Notes: generated from the letters alone by a model not told the origin. A stretch of 64,000 nucleotides of DNA from Octopus sinensis (GCF_006345805.1 NC_043000.1:146196001-146260000), one strand, 5' to 3'; numbered from the stretch's first letter, positions 1-14,434 are shown. Translations and numbers: made by a program.

Positions 1-1626
1 AGGTACCCCATATTTATTCTAGTTTATCCACGCATTGATGTGCATCTCTATATCAAAATATTTTACTTCATTTAAGATACGGCAAGTACAGTTGCATTCT
101 ACGAGGTTCTCTTCCATCCTAGTGGTAGAAGTCACATCGTGTGTTACAAATTGTTCAGATAAGCAATACTATGAATAGCTGACATAACACGATTCATTAC
201 AAGTATGAACGCTTACAAGCTTGCATTCACGCATATATTCGTACATTCTTCTTAGTATAGGTGTATCTATATTTGTTTCTCTCTATCTGCCTCTCGTTCT
301 TTAAATAAATATGAGGTGTATGCGTGCGTGTGTTTATGTGTGTATGCGTACGTATGTGTGTATTTGTACATATGTGTGTATACATCACATACGCTGGTGT
401 ATCTGGCTACAAATTTTGAATGTTGACAAGAATCCAAAGCGAAGATATACATTCCCTTTGTCTCCTTGTCAGAAATAAATGGAATCAGTATTTGGCGTGT
501 TGAAAACGGATTACAAAACATGCTATTTTTAACAAAATACCATAATAAATGCATGCCTAAATGTATATAAGTGTATATACATATACACACACACACGTGC
601 GCACATACATACATTCACACACACCCCCCACACACACACACATAGGCATATGTACATACAGGCATACATACAATACAGACACACTCATGTGAAAGTGAGA
701 GAATGCGTTGGAAATCATTCAGTTAACAGTTTATGCCTCTCGCGTTCAAAGATATGACACAGGATAAGGTATTTCCCACCACACATCAAATTACTGAAGG
801 AATTTGTGAGGAAGATATTTGAGATGATGAGAAAATATAAGATATAGTTCTCAGAGGAACAGCTTTCACAGAGTTCTAACAAAAATACAACCTTTCAAAC
901 AATAATTGTTCACTTTGACAGGGAATACATCTTTGTGAATCTAATATAAGTACTCAGTTCATGTATCTCCAAATAGTCGTTAGGGAATTCGTGTATAATT
1001 TAGTAACTTACAGCTATATTCATCAAACTGGAATCTAATTGTACTATAATTTCGACATGATTGTCCTAGTAAGTTATGAATTCACAACCTGATACTGTAT
1101 AATTTTACTCAACAATTACCAAGACCTATATAGCGATTTATAATTTGGTAAAACCTGAGCCAGCATTTTGTTGTATTTCTGTCGAAGTTACTAGTGAACT
1201 TTTAGTTGTTATTTACTTATAGGTCGAGGCTTGTGGTTTGTACAATAGTTGGTTTATATACTTTAAACTCCCTTTGAAGGTAGTCCCACACGACTTTTAT
1301 AGAGATGAAAGCCAGTAATGTTGCGCCATAAGATTTACTTTCGTATCACTCGATGCAGTTACAAAATTTAGCTTAAGAATAGCAAATCTCTACAATAACC
1401 GATACGTTGAGATATTACGTTAGACGTACAATATTCACATATTGACTAATAACATGCCAGATTAAACGTTGCGATATATGAATAAGTTCTCCGGTTGCCC
1501 TCGGTTAGTCTTGAAAATTTTCGGAAGTCAAATTTGTCGCCGTAATTCAAACTTTTCACATGCTGAAGAAATACGTAAACGTTAAAACTTTACTTGAAAA
1601 CTGAATTGTTTACGAAAAGATGTAAG

Positions 1627-1682
1627 ACATACATACATACATACATACATACATACATACATACATACATACATACATACAT
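1627..1682. repeat. (ACAT)n microsatellite (LINE tail)
   Basis: Pure tetranucleotide run abutting the RTE 3' end. Confidence 0.95.
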
Positions 1683-3225
1683 CATTTCCGTCCACTCGTG
1701 ACCGAGGGAGACCATTCTTGGCCTTCAGGAACATTGTGCGCTCTAGGACTAAAATATATTTTGCATTTGCGGATCCGGTCGTGGCGAATGAGCCCTGCTC
1801 TTGACAAGAATACACGACTGCAAACATTGCAAACGAAGCTTTCCCCATTCACTACACTAGCAATGCGCTTTCGAGCAGCACGCTTAAATTCTTCATGCAG
1901 AATACGTGCTTTCTGAAAAGGGTCGAGCCCCTCCTTAACCTGCTTCCACCGTCTTTGGTGATGACAGGTATTACTCTCCCAGTCATTCTCCTGTATATCA
2001 CAAGCCTTTAACGTTGACGTGACACAGTCCTTTAATCGCAGCCTTGGTCTCTACCCGGGTCTCTTTCTATTAATAAGTTCCCTATATAGCATCAATTTAG
2101 GGGTCCTTCTATCCTTCTTTCTAATATAGTGTCCAGTCGAGCATAACACGTGCTTGTGCACAATCGCCTCAATTCTCAAGATATCAGCTTCCCTCAGGAC
2201 CTGTGTGTCTGACGTTTTTCAGGTCCAGCCAACATTCCAAATGTGTCTCAGACATCTCTGATGAAAGCGTTTAAGGACCCTCACATGACGTATGTAAAGG
2301 GTCCATGTCACACATGAGTAAAGGAGCGATGCCAGTACGCATGCACAGTACACACACCTTTTCTAGTGCCTTCCCGGCCTCCGGGTGAGCAGTGCTCTCT
2401 CCAAATAGAGCCGCTCAGACACCCATGCAGAAACCGAATCCTATCGCTGTCTTGGGCGACAAGGAGACGGCTTTATATCCAGCATGGTTCGCCCACGTGC
2501 AGGTCGCAGACAACATGCTTCCAACCCGTCAGGTTTGCAAGCTTCGCCACATTACCTTCTCCGCAGGGCTTCCGAATAAAAATAAAATAAATATATACTA
2601 AAAATAAATAAATACTAAAAATAAAAATGCATATATATTAAAAATAAAATAAATATATATACGTAGTGGCAAGAGCAGCACTTATCGAGCAGAGGTCAGC
2701 AATGCCTGTGCAGAATTTTAGGTCCATTAAGGCTTGTACGACACCTCATAGACCCTTCCACTCTATTGACATTATCCTGATACAAGCCAGATCGAGATGT
2801 CTGGTGCCAATATGAGCAGGCTCAGGGATGTGGGAGAGCCATGATCTCTAGTGCAAAACAAAGATCCCCAAAATGCCCAATACCATTCCCTGCATATCTG
2901 GTTTTATATCAGTGTGATCCTCTCCTAGAGGCAAGCTTCAATAGAGACTGGAGGAGGGTGCCTCACTGCCAGTGGTGTTCTAGCACTCCGGACACCATCC
3001 AGAAAGTTCTGAGTACTCGTGCTATGGCTAGATAGCCGTTGAGCTTGCACTAGGTTCATCCAACCTTTCAACAGGTCTTGTTTTTAATCCTACTGGGTTT
3101 CTATCAATCGTCCTCACCAGGATGGCCTGTTGGAGGGGCCGGTTTAGCCGCCGACAACCCGAGTATGCAAGAGGTTGTACTAGATTACGTGTTACCAGTA
3201 GCATTAGCAGGATCCTCATAAGTGA
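1683..3225 (-). mobile_element. Internally deleted RTE-clade LINE: 5'UTR-like segment (about 3225-2340) fused to the 3' end of ORF2 (about 2340-1683), with (ATGT)n tail
   Basis: Minus-strand translation gives VLASLLYSCVTWTLYIRHVRVLKRFHQRCLRHIWNVGW...PKLMLYREL..KRPG*RPRLRLKDCV.. and a C-terminal C2H2-like FVCNVCSRVF motif, all typical of RTE ORF2 and interrupted by stops. Both flanks are (ACAT)n. Assignment of the upstream part as 5'UTR is less certain. Confidence 0.8.
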
Positions 3226-3227
3226 CT

Positions 3228-3384
3228 TGACATACATACATGCATATGTACACAAACACAAATACATGCATACATACATACATACATACATATATATATA
3301 TATTTATGTATATATACATATATTTTATTTATTATTTTGTTATATATATATATATATGTACATGTATGTATGTATATATATATA

Positions 3385-3429
<45 letters not shown>

Positions 3430-3465
3430 TTATTTATTTATATATATATACATACGTATATATTT
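3228..3465. repeat. Compound (ACAT)/(TA)n microsatellite
   Basis: Seen directly; source of the spurious IYIY ORFs. Confidence 0.95.
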
Positions 3466-4244
3466 TTAAAATCTTAGGGAATAATAAGTATTCCATGTTA
3501 TCAGGACATTTACTATTTTACACTTTACTAATGCAATGTAAACAGTCTCAAGTATAATATTATGACAAATTTGGGATTTTACCAATAGAAGCGCAACTCC
3601 CATTTCAGGATAAATTTATTGTATGGAATACACATGGAAAGTTATATCCAATAAACTAATTTAAGCATTTAAAAAAACTACTATAAAATACAATCAAATT
3701 ATTTGTAAAAATATTTGAAAAAATCTATATAACTTACCTGTTATTAGTCTGTGAGGAAATAAGATATTTTTAATCAACGCTACATGTGTTTATTCTTTAT
3801 AAAGGTTATAGCGAAGACATAAATCCACGAGAGCATCCCCAGGCTATTTATCTTATTATTATAATTATTAACGGATCAAAGTTAAAAATACCTACTATAA
3901 GTCATATTAAATAGAAAAATAAGAATATGAATACAAATATAATAAAATGAAGATATTATAAAAATATATAATTTACAAATATATTTTTTTAAATATAAAA
4001 AAATTAATCAAATTTAAAAAATAAAAAGATTAAACACATAAAATTACAATACCGATATATATAGAAAATGCTAAACCTAAAGAAACCCTCAACGACTATA
4101 TTATAAACACATCAATTCCTAAAACCAATCTATATTAACATTACGTGAATTAATAATTTAGTATAAGATTTACCTCTATCTATACAAGCATAAATTACCA
4201 TTTTTATGTCAAACGTAAGTTAATTGTATTTAAAAAGATTATTT

Positions 4245-4410
4245 AGTAAAAACCATCTTCTTCACGGGTTTCATCTGGAGAATCCGCAACCATCAGAACG
4301 ATTTCAAACATCGAATTGAGATTCATACAAACACCTACTTATTCACCTGGAACGTTGCCTCCGCAAAAGACTACACATGTTCCACGAATCCGTAGTATTC
4401 ATCAACAGGA
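4245..4410 (+). mobile_element. Possible L1/Tx1-like LINE 3' remnant
   Basis: Frame KTIFFTGFIWRIRNHQ contains an IWxxRN motif typical of the L1/Tx1 ORF2 C-terminus; no other motif recovered. Confidence 0.25.
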
Positions 4411-4709
4411 AGAATGAAATAGCATATTGTCGTCACTAGAAATAGGCACTGTTAATTAAATTCAAACTACTTGCGGCTTACACACAAGTAGGTAATAAAA
4501 ACTTTGTAAAACTTTGTAAGCATGGTAATAAAAAATTTGCCACTTACATAGACCAGCACCCCTTGTTAACCATCTAGCCGCAATTTTTAACCTAGCACCA
4601 CCAAAGCTAGTTATCTACACAGAATGACTGCTTCAACTAATGTGTTATTTCCCTACTCAAAGTCCTCCGAAATACTACGCGCGACAACTCCCATTCTACC
4701 ATGTATGAT

Positions 4710-5185
4710 AGCAAATGAACCCTGCTCTTGACAAGAATACACGACTGCAAACATTGCAAACGAAGCTTTCCTCATTCACTACACTAGCAATGCCCTCTGG
4801 GGCAGCACGCCGCTTAAATTCTTCATGCAGAATACGTGCTTTCTCAAAAGGGTCGACCCCCTCCTTAACCTGCTTCCACCGTCTGTGGTGATGACAGGTA
4901 TTACTCTCGCAGTCATTCTCCTGAATATCACAAGCCTTTAACGTTGATGTGACACAGTCCTCTAAAGTATATAAACCAACTATTGTACAAACCACAAGCC
5001 TCGACGTATAAGTAAATAACAACTAAAAGTTCACTAGTAACTTCGACAGAAATACAATAAAATGCTGGTTCAGGTTTTACCAAATTATAAATTGCTATAT
5101 AGGTCTTGGTAATTGTTAAGTAAAATTATTCAGTATCAGGTTGTGAATTCATAACTTACTAGGACAATCATGTCGAAATTATAGT
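4710..5185. repeat. Composite local duplication: direct copy of 1783-2035 (RTE fragment) joined to an inverted copy of 1043-1266
   Basis: Base-by-base similarity to both donors with scattered mismatches; junction at 4961-4965. Confidence 0.9.
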
Positions 5186-5518
5186 CGCTACATACATGTC
5201 ACAGTTTAGAGGTATAGTGGTGACATCTGTCTGTAACAGCCTGTCTCAGCATGGGAACCTAAGAATGAAGAAAATCCCTGATGTCGCTTTCTGAACCAAG
5301 ATCATGTTAAGTTCACAAATAGAGGTCTCAAATCTAGAAGCTATCTTATATTTGTTTCAAACCCAATTACACTTCTCTAGTTATCTGACAAATTAAACTG
5401 TTTATACGAACCAAGCCACAAAACTTCGAATGAAGCTAAGTGAAACTGTTATTGAATACACTTCCATATATACATATGTATACATTTATACATCAATAGA
5501 GATGTAGGTATATATATA

Positions 5519-5561
<43 letters not shown>

Positions 5562-5978
5562 TATATATATATTATATATATATATATTATATTTAAGGGC
5601 ATTACCATACATAAATGTCTCACGATTTGAGGGACTTATAAAGTCAAAACTACCATAATAAGTAAACCCATTGTACCAAATTTGAGGGAATGCAACTCTC
5701 GAAGCGAGCATTTCAAAAACAGAATTCAGATGCATATCATATGATTTCATAATTAGTGTTCAACGAGCACTTTTTTAATTTTCAGTGCAAGAATAATTCA
5801 AGAAACATAAAAATGAACAAAAACCAACATACCACATGAATACCAAATGTATTCAGCATAGCACATAGAATTGTTCAACCTTATATATCTATGTAAAAGA
5901 CAGGCGTTTTGAATTGCATCCCGGTACATGTGTTTATTAGGAATAAAATTCACCACTGAATATATTCCGGTTAAATTT

Positions 5979-6270
5979 ACAATTGAAAAATAGGATAAAA
6001 TCTTTATAAGAATTTATAAAGTATTTAGCGTGAAAAACCTCATAAGGGAAAAATCCATCAATTTATTCCTCTTAAATATATTTACTTATATTAAGGCGAT
6101 TACTATACATAAATGCCTCATTTCCCTTGTATAGTAATTTCCCATGTATAGCAATGCCCTTAATATAAGTAAATATATTTAAGACGAATAAATTGATGGA
6201 TTTTTCCCTTATGAGGTTTTTCATGCTACTTGATAAATTCTTATAAAATTTTTATCCTATTTATCAATTG

Positions 6271-6271
<1 letters not shown>
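5979..6271. repeat. Fold-back element, about 130-bp inverted arms (5979-6110 / 6144-6271) ending in (TA)n
   Basis: Arms are reverse complements with scattered mismatches. Confidence 0.9.
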
Positions 6272-6336
<65 letters not shown>

Positions 6337-6727
6337 CATACATATACGTATGTGTGTTTGTGTGTGCATGCATGCGTTGAGTGTAGGCATGAGGAGATAT
6401 AAGAATACTAAAATAAATGCAGTTGCGGTTATTCTATAGCTAAACTGAATATTTTCTCGCTACAAGAATCAGACGAGAGTAGTTTTCTTTCGGTATTTAT
6501 TGCTTTTACCTGTCTTCAAAATAACAAAACAATAAAATGGACTAATGAGAATGGTAAACGTTGAAAATAAAACGCTAATATGCATGAATTAACCACGAAC
6601 ATAATAAGAAAACAGCTTTCGGGGAAGACATCGGTTGCCTCGGTTGCTAGAAAAAGATATTCATTTGAAATTATATATTTTTGTATGTGTGTGTGTCTGT
6701 GTGTGTGTGCGAGTGTGTGTGTGTGTC

Positions 6728-6758
<31 letters not shown>

Positions 6759-7029
6759 GTGTGTGTGTGTGCATGTAAGTTGACACCGCAGCGGTGCATA
6801 ATTTTACACTTATTTACAAGACACAACATGCAATAAAGAGTAAAAATTCCATGTGAAAAACTTTTTTGTTTTTCACAAAAACATTTTTGTTTTTCACAAC
6901 TGACACAAATGACTAGTAATTTAGTCTCCAGTGTGAAGAGCACATACCAGATTGAGTCAAACGTGTTTTTGTTGTTGTTGTTTTGTATTTCAAGCTTAAT
7001 CTTTCAAGTACAACACATACGAAAAGCGT

Positions 7030-7945
7030 ATATTCATCAAAATATATCATATTCCACGGTATTCTATTGTCTGTTGCCATCATTATGCCAGAAGCTTATA
7101 CCATTTGGTTGATTTAGAAGCAAAAACTCCCTGCACACATTTTCAACTTCATCCACATTATTGGAGCTCCGTCCATGCAGAAAATGACCCGTGACTCGGT
7201 GACGCTGCTAATTTGATGGCACAAGGTCTGGACTCTAATCAGGATGAGGCACCAATTCCTTCTTTTCAGATTCCTCAAATTTGCGCTTCGTTAGACTGAC
7301 ACTTTTTGCTGGAGCATTATCATGGTGTAGGAGTGCGCATCGTGCACGGGCTATTAAAGTATCATAAACTCGCTGCAGTTGTTAATCATAAAGGTTAGCA
7401 TTCCCAGCATGCCCCTCTGGGACAAGTTCAGAGGGCAATGCCCCCTCGAATTTCCAACAAACACACAATATGACCTTCAGTTCAAACTGCCCTTATTCTG
7501 AAGCCTGACCGGACCGAAGCCACTGATTATCTTTATTAGAATTACGAAATAGATCCATTTTTATGCTCAGTTAAGAAAATAGGTTCGATTTTCATACTCA
7601 GTCACAAATCGACGCCAAAAATGTGCATCAGGATTAGACAGTAGTTGTTTGTTAATATTCACCCACCACTGAGCCTGTCATTGGTCAATTCATGGGAATT
7701 TTTCGACAGCGTCTGGTCAAATGGGTGAGCTTATAGAATTGTCGATTGATAGTGCTTTGGGAAGGACTAATTTCTGCCGACAATGTACGAGTGCTCGTGC
7801 TTGTTTGATGGTCAAACATTTCAAGCAACAGAAGCCTTCCCTGACTTTCGTTTATCTTCGAAACTGGTGTCAACTTAATTGAAGCGTTTGAACCAGTTTT
7901 GTGTCGTACGTTCTTTAACAGTTCTATGACTGTCCACATCATTAA
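7030..7945 (-). mobile_element. Decayed mariner transposase
   Basis: Minus-strand motifs QNWFKRF, LLHHDNAPA and VPHPD*SPDLVPSN (HPPYSPDLAPSDY homologue); multiple stops and frameshifts. Confidence 0.88.
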
Positions 7946-8340
7946 ATTCTTTTACGTCTGCCCTGAAAAATGACTCTAATTACAATTTTTTCAACACTCA
8001 TTATCAAAGGTGTAAAATAAAGTATAAACAATACCACAGCGATTGGACGACAAGTTCTATTAAGTTAATGATATAATATGAAGACACAAGTGACCAAAAA
8101 TCATCGGTAAAAAGTAGAAAAAAGCTTCTCATGCAAACCGGTAATTACGTGAGGAATCATTGATTAATTTTTCGCATGGTTAATTATATTCATCCGACTC
8201 CAAAATACTTCAATCTGAAATGTGAATAGGTTTCAGTGCGGCTTGAATGTAACATCTGACGACTGTAAGCTTATGTAAAAGTATAGGCGTACCTGTAGTA
8301 GATACACACACGCACAAACAGACAAATACATACATATACG

Positions 8341-8413
<73 letters not shown>

Positions 8414-8509
8414 AACGGGAGTAGGAAAGAAACAAAAAAGAGTACAAGCACCAAATATGCAACTATGTTTCGAGTGAGAACAGGAAAGATAGCTTGAATT
8501 GAATTAAAT

Positions 8510-8524
8510 GATAGATAGATAGAC

Positions 8525-8559
<35 letters not shown>

Positions 8560-8587
8560 GAGATAGATAGATAGATAGATAGATAGT

Positions 8588-8656
<69 letters not shown>

Positions 8657-8657
8657 C

Positions 8658-8744
<87 letters not shown>
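8510..8744. repeat. (GATA)n microsatellite
   Basis: About 58 near-perfect units. Confidence 0.97.
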
Positions 8745-8855
8745 TTTATACATACATAAGTAAATAGCTTAGGTATAATAAAAACAAAGTGACATAAACA
8801 TACAGGGTATGAAAATATTTAAAAATAAATGTATTCTAAACGAATACATATATAT

Positions 8856-8952
<97 letters not shown>

Positions 8953-11419
8953 ATCTATGTATTCTAAATATATGTATTCTAAATATATGTATTCTAAACG
9001 AAAACATTTGATAAGGCTGGAGGACACAAGAAATGTGAATTTGGAATTAAAACTGAATGTTTGGTTTTTGGTTGTTTTGGTTTTATATCTTTTTTTTCTG
9101 TGTTTTTTTTTGTTTTCGTTTCAGCTGCTGGGCATGGTATGTTAACTTGAAAAAATTTTAAAAAAACAAATAGAAAATAACTATGGAAAAGGTATTGGTG
9201 CTGATGTAGGTAGATGTATCAGCAGTTTTATATTTTATAAAAAGATCAACATAAACATAGTGTTGTAGATTTTTTTTTAGCGACAACTCCTGATGGAGTA
9301 GACGCATGATGAATGACTTTTCAGTCGTGATCATTACGTATTTTTTTTATACCCAGCTCTGTGCTTTCTAATGCACCCATTCACTTCCTGATATTTTCGA
9401 GGTAGATTTAAGAGCGGTTTTCATACTAATTGTAACAGGTCGAACGAATAATTAGGTGCTGGCCTTTGTTATATTTTATTGTTAACTTGGGGGTTTGCTC
9501 TAAATGATTACGCCAGCAAAAATATTATCCTTATGTAATTGAGTGAAATTACATAGTCTAGACTATGCACTGTGACAATGAACACATTTTACAGTTCACT
9601 TTACTATGAGAGTTAAATCAACGATATGGTGGGACTACGAACTATTCAAAGTAAAACGGGAACATGACCCGCGTTTTCTTGGCGGGTCGATGGTGGGTTA
9701 ATTTTGCACACAAACATATTTGAGTGTCTATATATATATATATATATATGTTTGTCACATTTTTACCCTTGCACGACTTCTAAAATACTTTCTCTTCCTA
9801 TCCGCTATTGCTTCTTTACCAAGATATTTTGGCGCCTTCCGTTTCTTCCCCCCTCTTCCTCCCATCCTCTTTAATTCTTTCTTTCTCTCTCTCTCTCTCT
9901 CTCTTGGTCATTGCTTCTGTCCTCTGCCTTCCACCCTCTTTAATTCCCTCTCTTTCTCTCTCTCCTACCCTCTTGCAACCTGCTGCTTCACAAGCCATTC
10001 CGTTGGCGATCGCAGCTCGCTCAACATGTGTCCCCTCTGCCGAAAAGATAATTATTTCCACGCTTGCTGATATGTTGTTTTTGTCTCATTTTGTCTAAAA
10101 GTCGTAAGACACCTGTTGTTATCCTGTTTTTAACCATTACTGTTTTCAATTTTGTTTTCGTTTCTTGTATTTATATTTGTCTCTGTTGCGTTTACATTCT
10201 TTCCTTCTACCAAGAAATCTAATGCCCACAGCTTAGTTTTTTTCTTGGGGCTGGCCGAGTTGGAGCAAATCTCAGAATTAAATCCTGTAACAAAGGTATA
10301 CTGTATCGCTGTAAGTATTTTTGAAATAAGAATTAATATGTCGGAGGCTATAGACATGACTTGACATCAGATATTCGTTCAGGAGAGTGATGATCATAAC
10401 ATGACAATCTGTCAGTGATTCCTGATATCTATTGCGTTCTCTCGGTTTCTGTATGGTAAAATTCAATCTAAAAAGTAATTAATGTATAGGTATATGAATG
10501 TACTTCCATCAATCCAGGATAGAAAGGTTTGAATAAAAGAATCCTATGATCCAGGCCTACAATAACTGAAATGTTTACAGATCTTTCTTTTGCAAATATA
10601 AATTTGACGACGTTGGGCTGAAATTTTCATAGGTTTATTTTGAAGGTTTGCTGCTAAAGCTGTGGTATACTTGCATGGATTAATTTCAATACTTCTTATT
10701 AATAACTTATTAATTGTCTGTGTCCAGAAAAATCGATAATCTGGCTGTTCAAAGAAGACTTTAAATGTAACTAGTAGCAACTTGAAAAATGGACAAAAGT
10801 TGGGATCTTGGAAGCTCAAGTACCTGCAGAAAAAGGGTTTAGCTCCATAGGGCTTACATTAGGGAAATTACATTAAGGGATAACAGCATGTATCAGCTTG
10901 GGTAGTAAGATCTCTGAACATGTGATGCCAGATGTGTCCATTGGCACCACATCTGTATAATGGTGCTACCCGTGTTTCAGAGGACACTCAAGCGATGGCA
11001 TTCATCGAAATCACGTTGTAGTGAAGATTTATTTATACATGTATGCATAAACGTATATATGTGTATATGTGTATGAATATATGCATTTATACATATATTT
11101 ACGAGTGCATCTGTGTGGGTGTTTAATTCTGTATAGTTGTGTAACGAGAGAGTATTGCATACAATGTACATTTCTAGCATGTATTCAGATAGACATTATA
11201 CTGCGCATACTCAGTTGGTATATCTAATATTTATTTAATATTCAGTGAGTTTATGAAAATATGATAAATTACCAAATGATTTTAGAATATAGAATGAAGT
11301 TTGTGGAAATTGTTTATATACTTTCCATTAATAACCTTTCCTTTGCTTCTCTGGTATTGTCATAAAGACACAGAGCACTATATTACTCACCATTTCTCCC
11401 TTTCTCTCCTGCTTTCTAT

Positions 11420-11666
<247 letters not shown>

Positions 11667-14189
11667 CATGTCCATATTCAATTACACAAGAGTAGAGTTT
11701 ATGAGGGCGCAGATGCTAATATGCATGACAATACGAAATTTCACAGTTATTTATACTTTCCCTTAGGCCTATAATGATATGTATTAATGTATGCTCAAAA
11801 GAACAAAAGAACACATTCACATGTCGAAGTAGAATCATTATATATATGTATATAGGGAGAGAGAGAGAGAGATGCGGAGGAACCACCACAATGGTACACA
11901 CATATCAAACGTGTTTGTGAATATAGGATGTGATGAGCGCATCTCTCTCTATATATATGCGCACATGACCACACAGATGTGTGTGTGTGAGTGCGTGCGT
12001 ATGTGCGTTTGTGTACACGCATTAAGAGAAGTAGAGATAGCCTATCAAGGTTCATTTCATCTTACAAAAGTATCACGTTGCAGCTTCCATCAATTCCCTT
12101 CGTAAACCATTATACCGCCATCTAGTAATGTTATACTGGTTTGTCTTGTATCCGTGAAGCACAACAGGACAAGTGCTCGTTTCTTAGTTCTTATTTGGCT
12201 TTCCATATTTAGTCACTGGACGTTGAAAATCAATTGTAGTCTTGATTTGGTCCTACGAGTATGATATATTTTTTGTAATGGTATTTACGGAGATAAGGAC
12301 AATAGCCACCTTATCCTTTTCTCTGAGACGCATAATATTACTTATATGCAGTAGATTGTCAGGAAACAATTGAATTTCTGCGTTATTGATAAGCTATTAA
12401 AATTAAAGTCTAAATCTTCATGAAGCCGCACTCGCTGTATTACAAATGACAGTTGCATATTGTCATCCCCCGTGCCCGGTAGATGGGAAATTAAAATAAT
12501 TACAACTGTGGGATTTGGTCTAACATGAAAATAAACCACATACTTAGATCTGGCATGGAAATAATCAAAATGGAAATAAGGAGCGTGTCTGGATGTTGAC
12601 TGATTAGACTAGATCGTGTCATCCATTGAAATATGACATTAAACTAGAATTTAATGTGTAAAATCCTTATTTGATACCCACTCAAGTCGATATCTAATTT
12701 CTCATACACTCACATACAAACGGAGAATAATTGTACAACTTCCTATATTTAGTTGTCAGAAGCAAGTAAATGTATACACGGACGGTTTCAGTGAGTACAC
12801 CACTTGTTAAGTCAACTGAAAGAGATGCTCGATGAATTGTATTTAAGAAGTTTTTATAAATATTCCTTGTAGGTACAGTAGTAACATTCAATTTTGTAGA
12901 GGTATCCTAGTATTTGTGCATCTTCGTATGATCACATTTCTGCTTTTAAAACGTGTATTTCACATCACTAATGACTCTGAAACACTTTACAACAAAATAC
13001 ATTTCAAAACTTTGCATAATCTCATAGATAAGCCTGGAATCAATCATTTCGCAAAAAAAACATGCTACTGATGGTTCGGAAACAATCATATGAACTCTAT
13101 GTTGTATAGTATGAACTGCTTCGACTACAGGTAATTTGCGATGTACAACAGAAAAGCTTCACAGGGAACACATGTTGAAAAGAAAATTATTCTGATTATA
13201 TACTTATCGTAAGCGAAGCTAGGTTTTACTATAATTTGGCTCACTAATGATGCCTAACATGGCACGTTCACCTACTACAGGAGTTCATAAGTGCTTACAT
13301 GCAAACACATATACACAACACCTATATACAAGTATATGCACATATCAAAGATTTTGGAACACCACAAACCCGAAGAGTTATTTTCAGTTAACCAAAAATG
13401 TTTGCCAATTTGTTCGTTACAGTTAATATGTAGACAAAATGTATAGCTGTTTGGTTTATGGACCTAAATGAAAATATATTACTCGCAGGTGGCCCCGAAT
13501 TAGCACTTACCTCGAATACATTTAACAAAAGAATACTCTGTAATGTTTTATTTGTATGGTTGCATATTTATTGATTACATACATGGAGTACAACGGCATT
13601 TGTGTGAAGACTCTATTCTACCGGAAATAATCATGAAGTACTCTCGATTTCAGAATACACTACTTCATTTAAAGCAATTATACACTTCTCAATATGTGCA
13701 GTCCTAGACCTATAATGACGCGGATGTTAGCTTAGATGATGTTGGTTCACAAGGATGCTGATCGGTTAAAAATATTGTTGGGTGAATCTATAATTTTTCC
13801 TGCACTCATTGGTAGCTGTCTATTCTTCACAAATACTTTTTAAGATACTCAGAAATGTTTGGCTTTGGGAGATGAAATAAACTAGCGAAGTAGTTGCACC
13901 TCTTGAATGCATTCTCTGTTGAAAAGATTGTAATGCTCCGACAATATCGTTGGGATTTCTAGTTAATCACTTGTATTTCTTATATGGAATTGAGTTTTTT
14001 CTTCCATGAAGAAATTAACATTTTTATCTCTAGAATAATAATGCTGGTTGAAATACAAATCTGAATGGAAATTGAATTCGAGCGAGTATACCCAATTTCA
14101 AAATCGAACCTAATTCAAATGCAACTATAGCATTGACTAATTGATAACATTATAAACATATATATATTGATGTTGATTCGATGTTGATT

Positions 14190-14384
14190 CGCTAGCCTCT
14201 GCACGCATTTTTTTCTCTCCTTGTTTCTTTCTGTGTTTCTTTTCTGTGTATCTTTCTGTTGAAGAGCGTAGGCTCGAAACGTAAAAGACTTGTTTTATTT
14301 ATATTCCTGAGCGCCATACTAATACAATTGTTTGTTTGTATTCCACCTGCCTTCGTCTTTTATTTATTTTCCAAAAGCTTCCCG

Positions 14385-14386
<2 letters not shown>
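14190..14386 (+). mobile_element. Penelope-like element 3' tail fragment
   Basis: HHR-like motif followed by about 100 bp and a (TA)n tail, the architecture of PLE termini. Confidence 0.5.
14251..14288 (+). ncRNA. Minimal type I hammerhead-like motif in a PLE-type tail (core variant CUGUUGA)
   Basis: UCUUU-CUGUUGA-A-GAGC-GUAG-GCUC-GAAAC-GUA-AAAGA: helix I 5 bp, helix II 4 bp, palindromic ACGU helix III. The conserved A6 is U. Confidence 0.6.

Positions 14387-14434
<48 letters not shown>

Noticed and set aside
3738-3750. Minus-strand 11-nt micro-exon (TTCCTCACAG|ACTAATAACAG|GTAAGT)
   Set aside because: Good splice consensus, but the length is not a multiple of 3, no partner exons are identified, and such sites are expected by chance.
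10090-10860. GPCR-like pseudogene on the plus strand (hydrophobic stretches, FLGLAE, ISIAFSRF)
   Set aside because: Many stops, wrong TM3 spacing, and hydrophobicity explained by T-richness.
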